Source: a virus (taxonomy: Duplodnaviria; Caudoviricetes). From it: a DNA stretch of 64,000 nt. Shown in pieces: positions 10,015 through 20,267 of the stretch. Where the stretch lies: positions 8,599-72,598 of the IMG/VR virus record IMGVR_UViG_3300012665_000674. The stretch is one strand, 5' to 3'. The position numbers and the translations under genes were made by a program. Numbering within the stretch: position 1 is the stretch's first letter; each line of letters starts with the position of its first letter. Under the pieces are notes generated by a model. It was not told where the DNA came from. It did not search any database and worked only from the letters and a program-made list of their open reading frames with translations.

Positions 10015-10338
10015 TTATCTTTTTAATGCTTCATATGTAATGATATGATTTAGTGCTTCGCCCATGTCTTTGTCATTAGGAACAAGATGTAATGAATGTG
10101 TATTCCTATCTGTTTGAGGATCATAGTCACGTAGTTCAACAACATGTCCGCCATTTGCTTTATACAATGTGAATGTTACTCCTCGGCTATGCAATTCATT
10201 AGAACCTGTTGGAAGTGCTAATCCTCTACGCATTTTAACAGAAGCAATTGAATTCCCCGCAATGTCTTCTTGTGGTTGATTTGCATCTTCCCACGCTTGT
10301 TTACACTTTTTAGCAAACCATTTATCAAACCATTTCAT
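10015..10338 (-). CDS. hypothetical protein
   Basis: 107 aa ORF in operon. Confidence 0.75.
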   Translation of the reverse strand: MKWFDKWFAKKCKQAWEDANQPQEDIAGNSIASVKMRRGLALPTGSNELHSRGVTFTLYKANGGHVVELRDYDPQTDRNTHSLHLVPNDKDMGEALNHIITYEALKR

Positions 10339-10340
10339 TT

Positions 10341-11132
10341 TTATTCCTTAATAAAATTATGTTTTAACAGATAATTATACCACATCTCTGCTCCTTCTTC
10401 TTGTGCTTTGTCAGTTGTATGCCATCTTCTCGTAGTATTATTTTGATCCCATCGCCATGGATTTAAACTGTCACTATTGCATACTATTTTGTGATTGTTC
10501 TCGGTAGAAAAAACATTAATAGAAGCCTCCATATCAAATAGAATCATAACAAATGGAATATTACTATCCTCAAGTGCTTTATAACCACTGTGAAGAATAA
10601 ACGAATCCATATGTTTTTTATAATCTGCATCATACAGATAATCAATATAATATTCAAGTGCTTTGGCTTGCTCGTTAGTTACATTGGGTCTTGCAGATAT
10701 AGTATCTGGGTTAATTATTTTTTTAAAAAATGGAACATCGCTTGTTAGAATATTGGTGAATGTTTCGCTAACTATTTTATTATTAAATTTTTTATTTTCA
10801 CAACTTCTATCAGGATATGTTTCAATATTGTAATCTAAATTATACACACCGTCACGTATATTATATTTTTTTCCTAATTTAGGAAATTCCATTCTGTTAG
10901 GAGAGGTCGCACCTATGATTACTAAATCAACTTTTTGTTTGATCATTTCATCAATTTGCAATCTTATGGCAGTATTACTACACGCTCCTCGGGCTAATGT
11001 AAAATAATCATATCCAATTTTTTTTGCAAGTAATTCTGTAAAGTGTTTGCCCGCACTATCTTTTATATCACGGCGATCACCGCTGATAGTAGCAGCCATG
11101 TAACTATCCCCACAGACTCCCAATACTGGCAT
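10341..11132 (-). CDS. SGNH/GDSL-like hypothetical hydrolase
   Basis: N-terminal CGDS, LARGACSN, C-terminal His (RWHTT). Confidence 0.55.
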   Translation of the reverse strand: MPVLGVCGDSYMAATISGDRRDIKDSAGKHFTELLAKKIGYDYFTLARGACSNTAIRLQIDEMIKQKVDLVIIGATSPNRMEFPKLGKKYNIRDGVYNLDYNIETYPDRSCENKKFNNKIVSETFTNILTSDVPFFKKIINPDTISARPNVTNEQAKALEYYIDYLYDADYKKHMDSFILHSGYKALEDSNIPFVMILFDMEASINVFSTENNHKIVCNSDSLNPWRWDQNNTTRRWHTTDKAQEEGAEMWYNYLLKHNFIKE

Positions 11133-11503
11133 TAATATACCTTATCGCTAAATGTCATGTCATTCACGTATTCATCTGACACAAGTAGTATATCATTAAT
11201 ATCAACACGGCGAATAGTTTTTTCGCCCTCTTCGTCTACAATATTAACACCGCGAGTCCATCGACCGTGACTAATCATAATCCACTTACCCTCTACTAAT
11301 TCAGGGTCTTTTTGTTCAGCTCCTACTGCATAAATTTTACCCCAGCGTGGGCGAATACCTGCTGATTTCATATCATCATTTGGTAATAAAATACCACCAT
11401 TTGTAATACGAGCATCAAATGACATATCGCATACAATCACATGCGATCCTATGGGTTTAAAATTAGCTTTAGTAATTTTATGTGGCTCAAATGCCTTTTT
11501 CAT
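11132..11503 (-). CDS. groES: GroES-like co-chaperonin
   Basis: FKPIGSHVIV, TNGGILLP, GKIYAVG, DILLV. Confidence 0.8.
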   Translation of the reverse strand: MKKAFEPHKITKANFKPIGSHVIVCDMSFDARITNGGILLPNDDMKSAGIRPRWGKIYAVGAEQKDPELVEGKWIMISHGRWTRGVNIVDEEGEKTIRRVDINDILLVSDEYVNDMTFSDKVY

Positions 11504-11859
11504 TTCTTACCTTTCTTTACTTCTTCTGCTTTAATTTTTTCAATTTCTAAATCATCTTCAAGTGATTCTTCTAATTCAATTTCTGCTGGAGTCAACTCAG
11601 CTAAATCAAGTTTAGGCTTATCAGGTTGAATTCTTGGTTGTGATTTTTTTGTTACTTGGGCTGAACGATTACCTACTGTTTTGGAATAAGAATCACTTAC
11701 TTTATTAGTTACGGCTTGAGTAACTCGCCCAAATGCATCGATAGTATCACCACGTGCGTTAAGATTCTTTACATTACCTACGGCTCTAGTTTTTTCATTT
11801 TTTGAACGTAATGCGTTCATATCAACACTTTTACCCATTGCTGTTCTGTATATAGACAT
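11500..11859 (-). CDS. hypothetical protein
   Basis: 119 aa; NARGD motif, acidic tail. Confidence 0.75.
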   Translation of the reverse strand: MSIYRTAMGKSVDMNALRSKNEKTRAVGNVKNLNARGDTIDAFGRVTQAVTNKVSDSYSKTVGNRSAQVTKKSQPRIQPDKPKLDLAELTPAEIELEESLEDDLEIEKIKAEEVKKGKK

Positions 11860-11871
11860 ATAATTTTTTCC

Positions 11872-12381
11872 TTATTTTAAAAACTCATCAATAGACAAGT
11901 CGTAATATAAACTATTTATTCTGTGAATCCCTATTAGAAACAATACAAAACTTGCTACACTACTACCTCTACCCACACCCCATAAAATATTATTACTACG
12001 CATAGTATCAACTAGATACTTTAAGTATTGTAATAATATAAACATATTTCTTTCGTGGAACATCAATAATTCTTCACCTGCTCTTTGTAGTTCTGCTTCA
12101 TTGGTGCATTGATCCAAAACAAATTTAGCAATATCCATTTCTAAATATTCTTTGGGCATTTGCCAATTAGATTGATTCTTCTTATCGAATTCTTCTATTG
12201 AGATATCGGGATTAACATATTCAATGAGTTTTGGTAAATCTTCAATTGAATATAGTACATTGTCAAGGGTAATTAACTTTTCAGTGTAAACTTGTTTTAT
12301 ATTGCGTGTAGGATCACGCAAAAATAAATCACACAAGTCATTTTCACTAAGAATAGGTTGTCCGTATATATCAGTACGCAT
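11872..12381 (-). CDS. dnaE: DnaE-like (Pol III alpha) fragment A: N-terminal part of the palm
   Basis: WGVGRGSSVASFVLFLIGIHRINSLYYDLSIDEFLK matches DnaE [34 protein letters not shown]. Confidence 0.85.
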   Translation of the reverse strand: MRTDIYGQPILSENDLCDLFLRDPTRNIKQVYTEKLITLDNVLYSIEDLPKLIEYVNPDISIEEFDKKNQSNWQMPKEYLEMDIAKFVLDQCTNEAELQRAGEELLMFHERNMFILLQYLKYLVDTMRSNNILWGVGRGSSVASFVLFLIGIHRINSLYYDLSIDEFLK

Positions 12382-12386
12382 ACAAC

Positions 12387-12415
12387 ATTATGACATAATT
12401 GATTTTAAAAATCAA
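12387..12415 (-). promoter_or_regulatory. sigma70-type promoter, predicted leaderless
   Basis: TTGATT-17-CATAAT, 5 nt before the ATG; no RBS. Confidence 0.6.
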
Positions 12416-12424
12416 CTAATATGG

Positions 12425-13018
12425 TTATTTTTCAGCTTCTGTGGTAAACAATATTTCGGATGATTTGTTATACTTTTCTTCCCAATCAAGTCCGCAGCCA
12501 AACCAATCACTATTTTTTACCAATTTAACAATTTTTTCTTTTTTGCTTATTTTAGGAATATCAGTAATTGATGTTGAAGATTCTAACCACCATCCCTTAT
12601 TACCAAAAGGGTTATGTGAAGCACTATCTATATCATATACAAATCTTACATCATCGCTTAACTCTGACCGAAACACTATGTCAGTTATTTCTAATCTACC
12701 TTCAACAATAGCATTTAATTTTAACAACAACAATATTGCTAAAATTTGATCATATGGTTCTTCGGGTAAAGTACATACTTTAATATCTGCTTGGGTATAT
12801 TTCTCAATAGCCTTTTTTTCAGCATCATGAACAAATACACTGTTTGATAAACAATCTGAAAGAAAATATATTATTCTATCCATTGCAATATTTTGTTCTC
12901 TAATTGACATGGTCTCAACTTCCATTGCCAATGATATTTCATAGATGTTCATTAAAAAGTTTCCTTCAAAATGAACAGCAGCCTGAAAACTAAAATCACG
13001 TTCTATTCTTGTTCCCAA
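12425..13018 (-). CDS. hypothetical protein
   Basis: 197 aa ORF. Confidence 0.75.
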   Translation of the reverse strand: MGTRIERDFSFQAAVHFEGNFLMNIYEISLAMEVETMSIREQNIAMDRIIYFLSDCLSNSVFVHDAEKKAIEKYTQADIKVCTLPEEPYDQILAILLLLKLNAIVEGRLEITDIVFRSELSDDVRFVYDIDSASHNPFGNKGWWLESSTSITDIPKISKKEKIVKLVKNSDWFGCGLDWEEKYNKSSEILFTTEAEK

Positions 13019-13253
13019 TTTGATCCTCTCGTTGTATGTTTACTTGAGTTTGGATGTTTTGTTTGCTAAACAATTCATCCATTTTTTTGCGTGATTCTTT
13101 ATGGTAACTTTCGATTACCATTTGAATCTGATGTATTAATGGACCGTTTCCCGTACGATGTGCAAAGGTTAGTTTAGTAGTTAAATCTGACAGTGCAGTT
13201 TGAAGTTCTTCCAAACTTTTATCAGATAAGTTATTGATGAACGGGTGTTCCAT
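12996..13253 (-). CDS. hypothetical protein
   Basis: 85 aa helical ORF. Confidence 0.7.
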   Translation of the reverse strand: MEHPFINNLSDKSLEELQTALSDLTTKLTFAHRTGNGPLIHQIQMVIESYHKESRKKMDELFSKQNIQTQVNIQREDQIGNKNRT

Positions 13254-13264
13254 TCAGATATTTA

Positions 13265-14302
13265 TTACCAGGTTGTCAGAGCAATTCTTTTCCAGATGTC
13301 CGAACCGTTGTATGTAACTGCACTGAATGAGTTAGCAGTGGTTGTTAGTGGAACGTTTGCCCCTGCTGTTCCAGATGTTCTAGATGCACTAACAGATATA
13401 GTTCCATTTGCACCCGAAGTAGCAATAGTTTTAACATAGTAAATTGTACCGGGTACTAAGTTAGCCTGTGTTACATTTGCTCCAGAGAAAATAATAGGAT
13501 CATTTGCTGTCAAACTACCTGTATTAGAAACAGTTATAATATTTCCAGTAGCATTTGAGTTTGCTACTGTAATAGTATTTGCAATAGAATCATATGAAGC
13601 AGTACACACATAGACATAATTTGCGTCAATAGAAATGTCTCCAGCAACATCACCTTGAAAGCCTGTCGGAGAAGGAGTTCGTTGTTGAACCTGTGTTGCT
13701 TGTCTTGGCCTATTAATTGGCGAAATGTATAATGTGTTTCCACAATCAACTGTACTTATTTGATAGTTCATTTGTGTCACACCATATGGTACTGACACTG
13801 TTACGAATCCACCTACATTTGAATAATTTTCTAATGTTGTTGCACCGCTATCATTACTGACAACTACGTTACCTGAAAAAGTTACAAACGCAGTTGAGTT
13901 TGAAACTGCTAGTTGCAATTGAACATTACTTTGTGTTCCGGTAGGTGCCCAACTACCAAAGTTAATAGTAGTATTACCGGCAACAGTACCGTAATGTACA
14001 TCACCTAAAGAAACATCTACTAAAACGGTTCCTGATAATGCATTGCCTAAATTATAAGTGGTTGCTCTAAAGCTACGTGTGCTTGCATTGCTAATAAGAG
14101 TATTAGCCATATCATTGTTAACAGTAGTGTTTGCTAATGCTTGCTTTACCACCACATTGTTTTGTAAGTCTGTGATTTCTGTGGCAGCAACATTTAGATT
14201 GTTTCTAATAGAGGCAAAATTATCTCTAAACCCTTGGCTGTTATTATTGACACCGGGTATTGGGTAATTTACGTTAATTGCATTTGTGTTGATTGTACTC
14301 AT
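13265..14302 (-). CDS. putative tail/baseplate structural protein
   Basis: N/T/S/G-rich; N-terminal GFRDNF..I..NL helix; ends WKRIALTTW. Confidence 0.65.
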   Translation of the reverse strand: MSTINTNAINVNYPIPGVNNNSQGFRDNFASIRNNLNVAATEITDLQNNVVVKQALANTTVNNDMANTLISNASTRSFRATTYNLGNALSGTVLVDVSLGDVHYGTVAGNTTINFGSWAPTGTQSNVQLQLAVSNSTAFVTFSGNVVVSNDSGATTLENYSNVGGFVTVSVPYGVTQMNYQISTVDCGNTLYISPINRPRQATQVQQRTPSPTGFQGDVAGDISIDANYVYVCTASYDSIANTITVANSNATGNIITVSNTGSLTANDPIIFSGANVTQANLVPGTIYYVKTIATSGANGTISVSASRTSGTAGANVPLTTTANSFSAVTYNGSDIWKRIALTTW

Positions 14303-14324
14303 TGTTTTATTCCGTTATATATAT

Positions 14325-16805
14325 TTAGTATTGTGTATTGTCCGGTAAAATAGTTTGTCTCGGGAATAACACATAAAAATCTTTACTATTCAACGGATCT
14401 GGTACAGGATTTGCGCTAGGTAAGCCAGTCCAAGCAGGAGGACTTAGGTTATTGTCCCAATTATAAGTATCACTCTTATTAACACTAAATCTATCAATTT
14501 TAAAGTTAATTTGATTTAGTGTGTACGGCCAATTAGTTTCAATATTGACTTTTATCTCACTTGCTCTTCCGGGCTTTGTATAACAAATCACCCATGCTTG
14601 TGTGTACCCCAATGTACTACCGTTTTCTTGTTGACTTGTCATCCATAATGGTAAAAGTGTACTGTCAAGTTCTTGACCTAATACGTCTGCTACTTGAGTA
14701 CGCATATTATACAAACTATTAGGATATAGCGTTCTTGCAAACCCAGGAGTTAAACTGGTATAATATTCTTGATCTAATACTACGTCCCAACTAGTAAAAA
14801 TATTAGTTACACTTGTGTACCAAGGTCCTAAAAATAAGTTAATAGGTCTAGGCCAATATATGCTTTTCTCTATGCTAACACCTTGAGAATTTACAAGGTT
14901 ATCGATAACTTCACTATACACTACTTCATAAATTATGTTACCGGCAGCATTTTTTGCCACTGCTGTTTTTAATTCACCTAAAGTAATATTTCTCCAATAA
15001 TGATTTTCTCTTTGTATAGCGGCGATATACTCTTGGATATCACTTGCAAATATACCATATGCATGTTCGTATATAACACTATTAGCTTTACCAAAATAAA
15101 CATCATCTGCTCTATAAAGTGCTTCATTAGGTATCAACTCAGTGTTTTCCAACAATGTGTTTAATATCTGTCTATCTTGTATACTAGGTGCAGCCTGAAT
15201 GTATACGATATCAGTAGGTTGTCCATACTGCTGTAGCACATTTAGAGTAAACGTTTTAGATGATGAGACTATATTATAATCAGGTGAGAATGCATCAACT
15301 GTAAAAGTAAATTCAGTATTTTGTCCAACTGTTAAAAATTCACTTGTTGGCTGATCTGCGATAAAGCCTGTTATCTGCCCATTAGAAAGTAACGTTAAGT
15401 TAGGAGGTAAAGTACCTGATATGACTCTGTAATTTAAAGTAACGTCAGATGTTGCTTCAACAAATAATGTACTTATGGTTCCGTTATATACTGTACCCAA
15501 ATCAGTAGGAGTTACCCATATAATTTCTCCAGTAACATCCTTACTTAAATTAAATGCAAAGTTAAAGTTTGTCGTAGAAATAGCAGGATTTCCTTGCTTT
15601 CGTACACTTACGTTAAAACTATAATTGTTTATACCAGGCAATGATAATTCTGGCGTTCCAGTTATCCATCCTGTTTCAGAGTTACCTGTTAGCCAAGAAG
15701 GAAGATTTGAAAATATATACTCTAATGGATTACCATCAAAATCATATCCTAGCATTTTAAAAGCAAAATAGTTATTACTTAGTACTGATCCTATCTGTGC
15801 GTTTTGTGTTGGAGGAACAGGTGGTAATATATAATACCCATAATAAATATCACTTGGGCTAACTTCTATTGTTAAAGGTCTAGTGTTTAAAATAGTAGGA
15901 GTTCTAGTATTAGGAGGGTTACCCGGGCCGCCTTGTGAAGAAGGTGTGTTTTGATTTATTACTGTAATTGAATACGATCCTATATTTCCTCCCAACGGAC
16001 TTATCAATCTAACTTTAAAATTGAATGTTCTGATAGTAGGCTGACCAACTGAAATTACAGGCAATGTAACCGTCATTGCTCCGGTGGAATCACTAATAGG
16101 AAACGTATCACCGTTTTGCGTAGTACTTATTGAAATAGTATTTGCTACTGTATCAACTGTTTTAATATAGTAAGTAACTCCTTCTGAAATGTCACCTATT
16201 GTGTCTGTAAATGTTACTGGTCTTCCCGGAGTCATACCAGAAACATTTAAACAGTAGATAAAATCAGTAGTTGATTCTGTAGAAATACCAATAGTTGTTA
16301 CTAAAGGTAAAGTAACGTTAATAGTAGGTGGTAATGGATATCCTTGAATTAATCCTGTAGGAGATAATTCAAGACCTGGTGGAAGACTACCTTCCTGTAA
16401 TTCAATTAAAACAGGATTAGTTATATCAGGATTAGAATATTCAATGTTTAATTGAGTCCAAATACTATCTTGTGTACTTAACAATACACCTGCAGGTGTA
16501 GTAAATTGCGGAACCGCAGTACCCGTAATTGTTATGCTAAATGTTCTATCACGTATATTGTTTAAATTATCAGTAGCACGAATAGTAAATGATGTAGTTG
16601 TGTCTTGTGTGACTAGAGTTGGAATACCAGTCAATAATCCATTTACATCAATTACTAAATTAGTAGGGAGAGTGCCGGCAAGTAAACTATACGTAATATT
16701 AGTAGCAGGAGAAACAGGTGAAGCTAAAAACTGAAAAGATACATTTATACCATAAGGAAATGTACCTATAGTTCCGGCTGTAGTGTCCCATATTGGTTGT
16801 GCCAT
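14325..16805 (-). CDS. virion protein with putative Ig (He_PIG-like) repeats
   Basis: repeated GxLPxxLxLxxxGxIxGxP and FTIRATD units; start MAQPIW. Confidence 0.75.
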   Translation of the reverse strand: MAQPIWDTTAGTIGTFPYGINVSFQFLASPVSPATNITYSLLAGTLPTNLVIDVNGLLTGIPTLVTQDTTTSFTIRATDNLNNIRDRTFSITITGTAVPQFTTPAGVLLSTQDSIWTQLNIEYSNPDITNPVLIELQEGSLPPGLELSPTGLIQGYPLPPTINVTLPLVTTIGISTESTTDFIYCLNVSGMTPGRPVTFTDTIGDISEGVTYYIKTVDTVANTISISTTQNGDTFPISDSTGAMTVTLPVISVGQPTIRTFNFKVRLISPLGGNIGSYSITVINQNTPSSQGGPGNPPNTRTPTILNTRPLTIEVSPSDIYYGYYILPPVPPTQNAQIGSVLSNNYFAFKMLGYDFDGNPLEYIFSNLPSWLTGNSETGWITGTPELSLPGINNYSFNVSVRKQGNPAISTTNFNFAFNLSKDVTGEIIWVTPTDLGTVYNGTISTLFVEATSDVTLNYRVISGTLPPNLTLLSNGQITGFIADQPTSEFLTVGQNTEFTFTVDAFSPDYNIVSSSKTFTLNVLQQYGQPTDIVYIQAAPSIQDRQILNTLLENTELIPNEALYRADDVYFGKANSVIYEHAYGIFASDIQEYIAAIQRENHYWRNITLGELKTAVAKNAAGNIIYEVVYSEVIDNLVNSQGVSIEKSIYWPRPINLFLGPWYTSVTNIFTSWDVVLDQEYYTSLTPGFARTLYPNSLYNMRTQVADVLGQELDSTLLPLWMTSQQENGSTLGYTQAWVICYTKPGRASEIKVNIETNWPYTLNQINFKIDRFSVNKSDTYNWDNNLSPPAWTGLPSANPVPDPLNSKDFYVLFPRQTILPDNTQY

Positions 16806-16806
16806 A

Positions 16807-17427
16807 TTATCCTTGTAAGTATTGCATTGCAATTTCGTAATGATGTTTTCTATCTTCTAATCCAATAGTCCCACCATTGATACGTTTTGTTAATGTCACA
16901 AAATCATCTTTGTCGCAATATTGATTTAGTTTGTTATTATCCCAAAACCATCCGGCACTAGCAACAGCACCGTTTGGTGTTTCTAAATATGCAATAGTGT
17001 CCTCTAAATTCATTCCTAAATCATTAGCAAACTTTGTATAGTTATCACGACCAGTCAATTGAATTAATCCACGACCTCTGAATTTATAACCATCACCTGA
17101 TTGTTCATCACCATTTTTCATGCGATTAGCATATACACGGTTGGCAATCTTTTCTGGCTTACGTTCATATTGTTTTGCTAGTTCTTCAGTAGGGAAATAC
17201 TTCTTAAAAGTACCCATCAATCCTTTTGCTGAGTAATTTAAATTTTCTACTGTGGCGTTGAATCCACCTGATTCGTGTGCAATTTGTGCTAGAAAACCTG
17301 AAACTCTGCGTGGATTTTCGAGCATGTCATAATATTCTGCTACAGTATTCAATGGTTCTATAAACCCTTGAAGAATATTTGCTTTTGTGCGAGGGCACAT
17401 GTGAGTTAATAAATCTAATGTTATCAT
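16807..17427 (-). CDS. glycoside hydrolase family 19 endolysin
   Basis: FLAQIAHESGGF, ENLNYS, FRGRGLIQLTGRDNY, TKRINGG. Confidence 0.92.
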   Translation of the reverse strand: MITLDLLTHMCPRTKANILQGFIEPLNTVAEYYDMLENPRRVSGFLAQIAHESGGFNATVENLNYSAKGLMGTFKKYFPTEELAKQYERKPEKIANRVYANRMKNGDEQSGDGYKFRGRGLIQLTGRDNYTKFANDLGMNLEDTIAYLETPNGAVASAGWFWDNNKLNQYCDKDDFVTLTKRINGGTIGLEDRKHHYEIAMQYLQG

Positions 17428-17440
17428 GTTAAATCCTATT

Positions 17441-20170
17441 TTAATTATATGTTGCACCTGTAGTGTACCATTGTGTTGTAGTAGGTGCATAATATTGTAA
17501 TGAGGCACCTGCTACATGACTATATGATGTGTTAGTTCCACCTGAGTTAATTGCGGCTCCTGATGCTGGGAAGACGTTTAATGTAGAAGCACTTGTGTTA
17601 TTGATAATAATAACCATGCCTGCAACTGCTGTAGGTAATACGACTCCGTTTGCTCCTGCTGAAACTGTGCTAACAATATTAATTTCTTTAGTTAATAATG
17701 TAGCCCCACCTTGAAGATTAGCGCCTGCCGCAGTTATACCAGTCTCAACTGAACGTATATGATATGAACTTGCAATTAAATTAGCACCAGTAATATTGCC
17801 ACTACTAGACAATGATGTTAATGTTCCAACACTTGTTATGTTAGGTTGTGCCGCAGTTGTTACGGTACCTGCTGTGGTAGCACTAGGTACAGTACCTGTT
17901 ACATTACCACCGGTAATACTTGTTAATGCTTGTCCATTACCTATAATATTTCCAACACTTACATTACCTGTAGTAGTAATTGTATTTGAACCGTAACTTG
18001 CTAAGAATGTAGCAACGTTGCTATTACCATAAGTACCGTCAAAACTAACAGGAGTGCCGTTAGCATAATAATAATTATCTGTTTTGATACCAAGAACAGA
18101 TGCATTGCCTGTAGCACTCAACGTACCTGATATGTTCGAACCAGTACCAGTGATAGTCATTGTAGTATTACCGACAGCAGTGATAGTGACATTGCCGTTT
18201 GCTGTGGCAATATTAACATTACTATTGCCATTTGCAAGTGGACCTATTACATTTCCTACAGTAACATTTCCGCTAGCACTTAATGTACCTGTTATATTTG
18301 CACCAGTTCCAGTAATAATAACAACGTTTGAATTACCTATTGCACTTATTCCAATATTGCTATCAGCCGCAATTTGTATATTACTATTTCCATTTGCCAA
18401 TGTACCTACAAAATTACCTGATGAGGTATTCCCAGTAACTGATAAACTTGTTAGTGTACCTACGCTTGTAATATTAGGTTGTGCATTATCTACTACAGTG
18501 TTTGCTACTGTGGCTGCATTAGCATTTCCGTAAAATCTACCAACAAAGAAATTAGCAGTTGCAGTGTTACCTAAATTAGCATTGCCAAATGAAGTAGTGT
18601 CTCCGATGAAAACATTACCACGTATATTTCCATAATTTGTGAAAGTTACTACTTCACTAGATATGCTTACGTTACTTCCAAATCCAAATTCAGCATTACT
18701 ATTATCCCAGCCCATAAAGGCTGTGACTGGGGCAGTAGTATAATACTGTAGTGCAACACCTCTGTCTTTGCCGTCATTGGTTGTTAATGGATCACCGTTT
18801 GGTCCACCGCCTAATGAAATAATAGGATCTTCAACTACCAATGATTCAATATTAATATAAGTTGCATTACCTAATACCGATAAGTTACCATTAATGATTG
18901 CGTTATTTGCTACATTTAAATTACCTACATTAGCATTACCACTGGCACTTAGTGTACCTGTTATGTTAGCTCCGGTGCCTGTTATTACAACAACATTTGC
19001 ATTTCCAGTTGAACTAATTTCAATATTAGCATTAGCACTGATAACAACATTGCTATTTCCGTTAACTAGACTAGAACCCGCAGTTAACCCAGTTAATTGA
19101 CTACCGTTACCTATAAAATTACCTGCTGTTATATTGCCGGTACCACTTATAACACCGGCACCAAATCCTAAGTTGCCTACATTACTATTACCAGTACCAC
19201 TGATATTACCAACAAACAATGTTGCACCAACATTACCTATGTTAGCATTACTACTGACACTCAACGTACCTGTGATGTTAGCACCTGTGCCAGTAACAAC
19301 AATAACGTTGGCATTACCTTCAGCACTTACATTGATATTACCATTTGCACTAGGTATACTAATAGTACTGTTACCGTTTGCAAAAATTCCTAACAAATTA
19401 CCTACAGTAGCATTGCCTGCAACACTTAAATTAGGGGAAGCAAGAACTCCGCTTACTTTATTAAAAGTAAATCCAGTATTGCCACCAAATGATCCTGAAT
19501 CATTAAATTGCACAAATGTATTAATGCCACCAGGAGATCCACCACCACCTCCGCCACCCGCGGCCCATGCTAGATTACCAGCACCATCTGTTTGTAAGAA
19601 ATACCCTAATGTTCCACCTTGAATTTTAAAATTTGATACGTTAGCAATATTAAAATTAGCACCAGTAAAATTAACATTACCAGTTAATGTTACATTGTTT
19701 CCTACAGATAAATTACCAGAAACTGTGAGATTTGACAATGTACCTAAACTTGTTATATTAGGTTGTGCATTTGAATTACTTGTTAAGGTTCCGTTTAAAC
19801 TTGCTAATCCATTACTAACAGATGCAAAACGGTTTGAAAGTACTTGTGCAGGGTTTATATCTATGTTTAATTGTTGACTAGAACTAGTGATAGAAACATT
19901 ACTTTGTGTATTATCAGAACCGCGCCCTACTTTCAACGATGACGTTGCCACTTGCAAACATGCAATATTTGCTGATATAACAACGTTACCTGTAGGAAAA
20001 TTAACAGTAATACCTGCTCCAGGGGTTCTGTTAACAGAAGTAACCACTTGATCTACGTTTGCGTTGAACAACTGTGTGAAATTATTCTGTACTTTTAAGA
20101 ACGCTGTTCTAATCGCATCGGCTGATGGATCGTCGGGAAATGTTCCAAAATCTATATTTTGTTGAGCCAT
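17441..20170 (-). CDS. tail fibre-like protein
   Basis: gp9/gp10-like N-terminus (IRTAFLKVQNNF); AQPNITSVGTLTSL and ANGNSN repeats. Confidence 0.75.
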   Translation of the reverse strand: MAQQNIDFGTFPDDPSADAIRTAFLKVQNNFTQLFNANVDQVVTSVNRTPGAGITVNFPTGNVVISANIACLQVATSSLKVGRGSDNTQSNVSITSSSQQLNIDINPAQVLSNRFASVSNGLASLNGTLTSNSNAQPNITSLGTLSNLTVSGNLSVGNNVTLTGNVNFTGANFNIANVSNFKIQGGTLGYFLQTDGAGNLAWAAGGGGGGGSPGGINTFVQFNDSGSFGGNTGFTFNKVSGVLASPNLSVAGNATVGNLLGIFANGNSTISIPSANGNINVSAEGNANVIVVTGTGANITGTLSVSSNANIGNVGATLFVGNISGTGNSNVGNLGFGAGVISGTGNITAGNFIGNGSQLTGLTAGSSLVNGNSNVVISANANIEISSTGNANVVVITGTGANITGTLSASGNANVGNLNVANNAIINGNLSVLGNATYINIESLVVEDPIISLGGGPNGDPLTTNDGKDRGVALQYYTTAPVTAFMGWDNSNAEFGFGSNVSISSEVVTFTNYGNIRGNVFIGDTTSFGNANLGNTATANFFVGRFYGNANAATVANTVVDNAQPNITSVGTLTSLSVTGNTSSGNFVGTLANGNSNIQIAADSNIGISAIGNSNVVIITGTGANITGTLSASGNVTVGNVIGPLANGNSNVNIATANGNVTITAVGNTTMTITGTGSNISGTLSATGNASVLGIKTDNYYYANGTPVSFDGTYGNSNVATFLASYGSNTITTTGNVSVGNIIGNGQALTSITGGNVTGTVPSATTAGTVTTAAQPNITSVGTLTSLSSSGNITGANLIASSYHIRSVETGITAAGANLQGGATLLTKEINIVSTVSAGANGVVLPTAVAGMVIIINNTSASTLNVFPASGAAINSGGTNTSYSHVAGASLQYYAPTTTQWYTTGATYN

Positions 20171-20181
20171 ATTTGTTTACC

Positions 20182-20200
20182 TATTTATAATGTATTTATC
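20182..20200 (-). promoter_or_regulatory. tandem late promoter motifs (GATAAATA and T4-consensus TATAAATA)
   Basis: 20200-20193 and 20189-20182, upstream of the fibre gene. Confidence 0.65.
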
Positions 20201-20222
20201 GTTTTTACATAAATGGATGTCC

Positions 20223-20254
20223 AAAAAAATACCCGACTAAAAGCCGGGTATTTT
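20223..20254 (-). terminator. intrinsic terminator
   Basis: AAAATACCCG...CGGGTATTTTTTT after 20268..22841. Confidence 0.8.
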
Positions 20255-20267
20255 AATTTATCTAGTA

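Noticed and set aside
17529-19877. Many plus-strand ORFs opposite fibre genes (also opposite clpA, 37676..37930, 41275..43128 and 61101..61918)
   Set aside because: Antisense shadows of codon-biased genes, with no RBS or recognisable motifs
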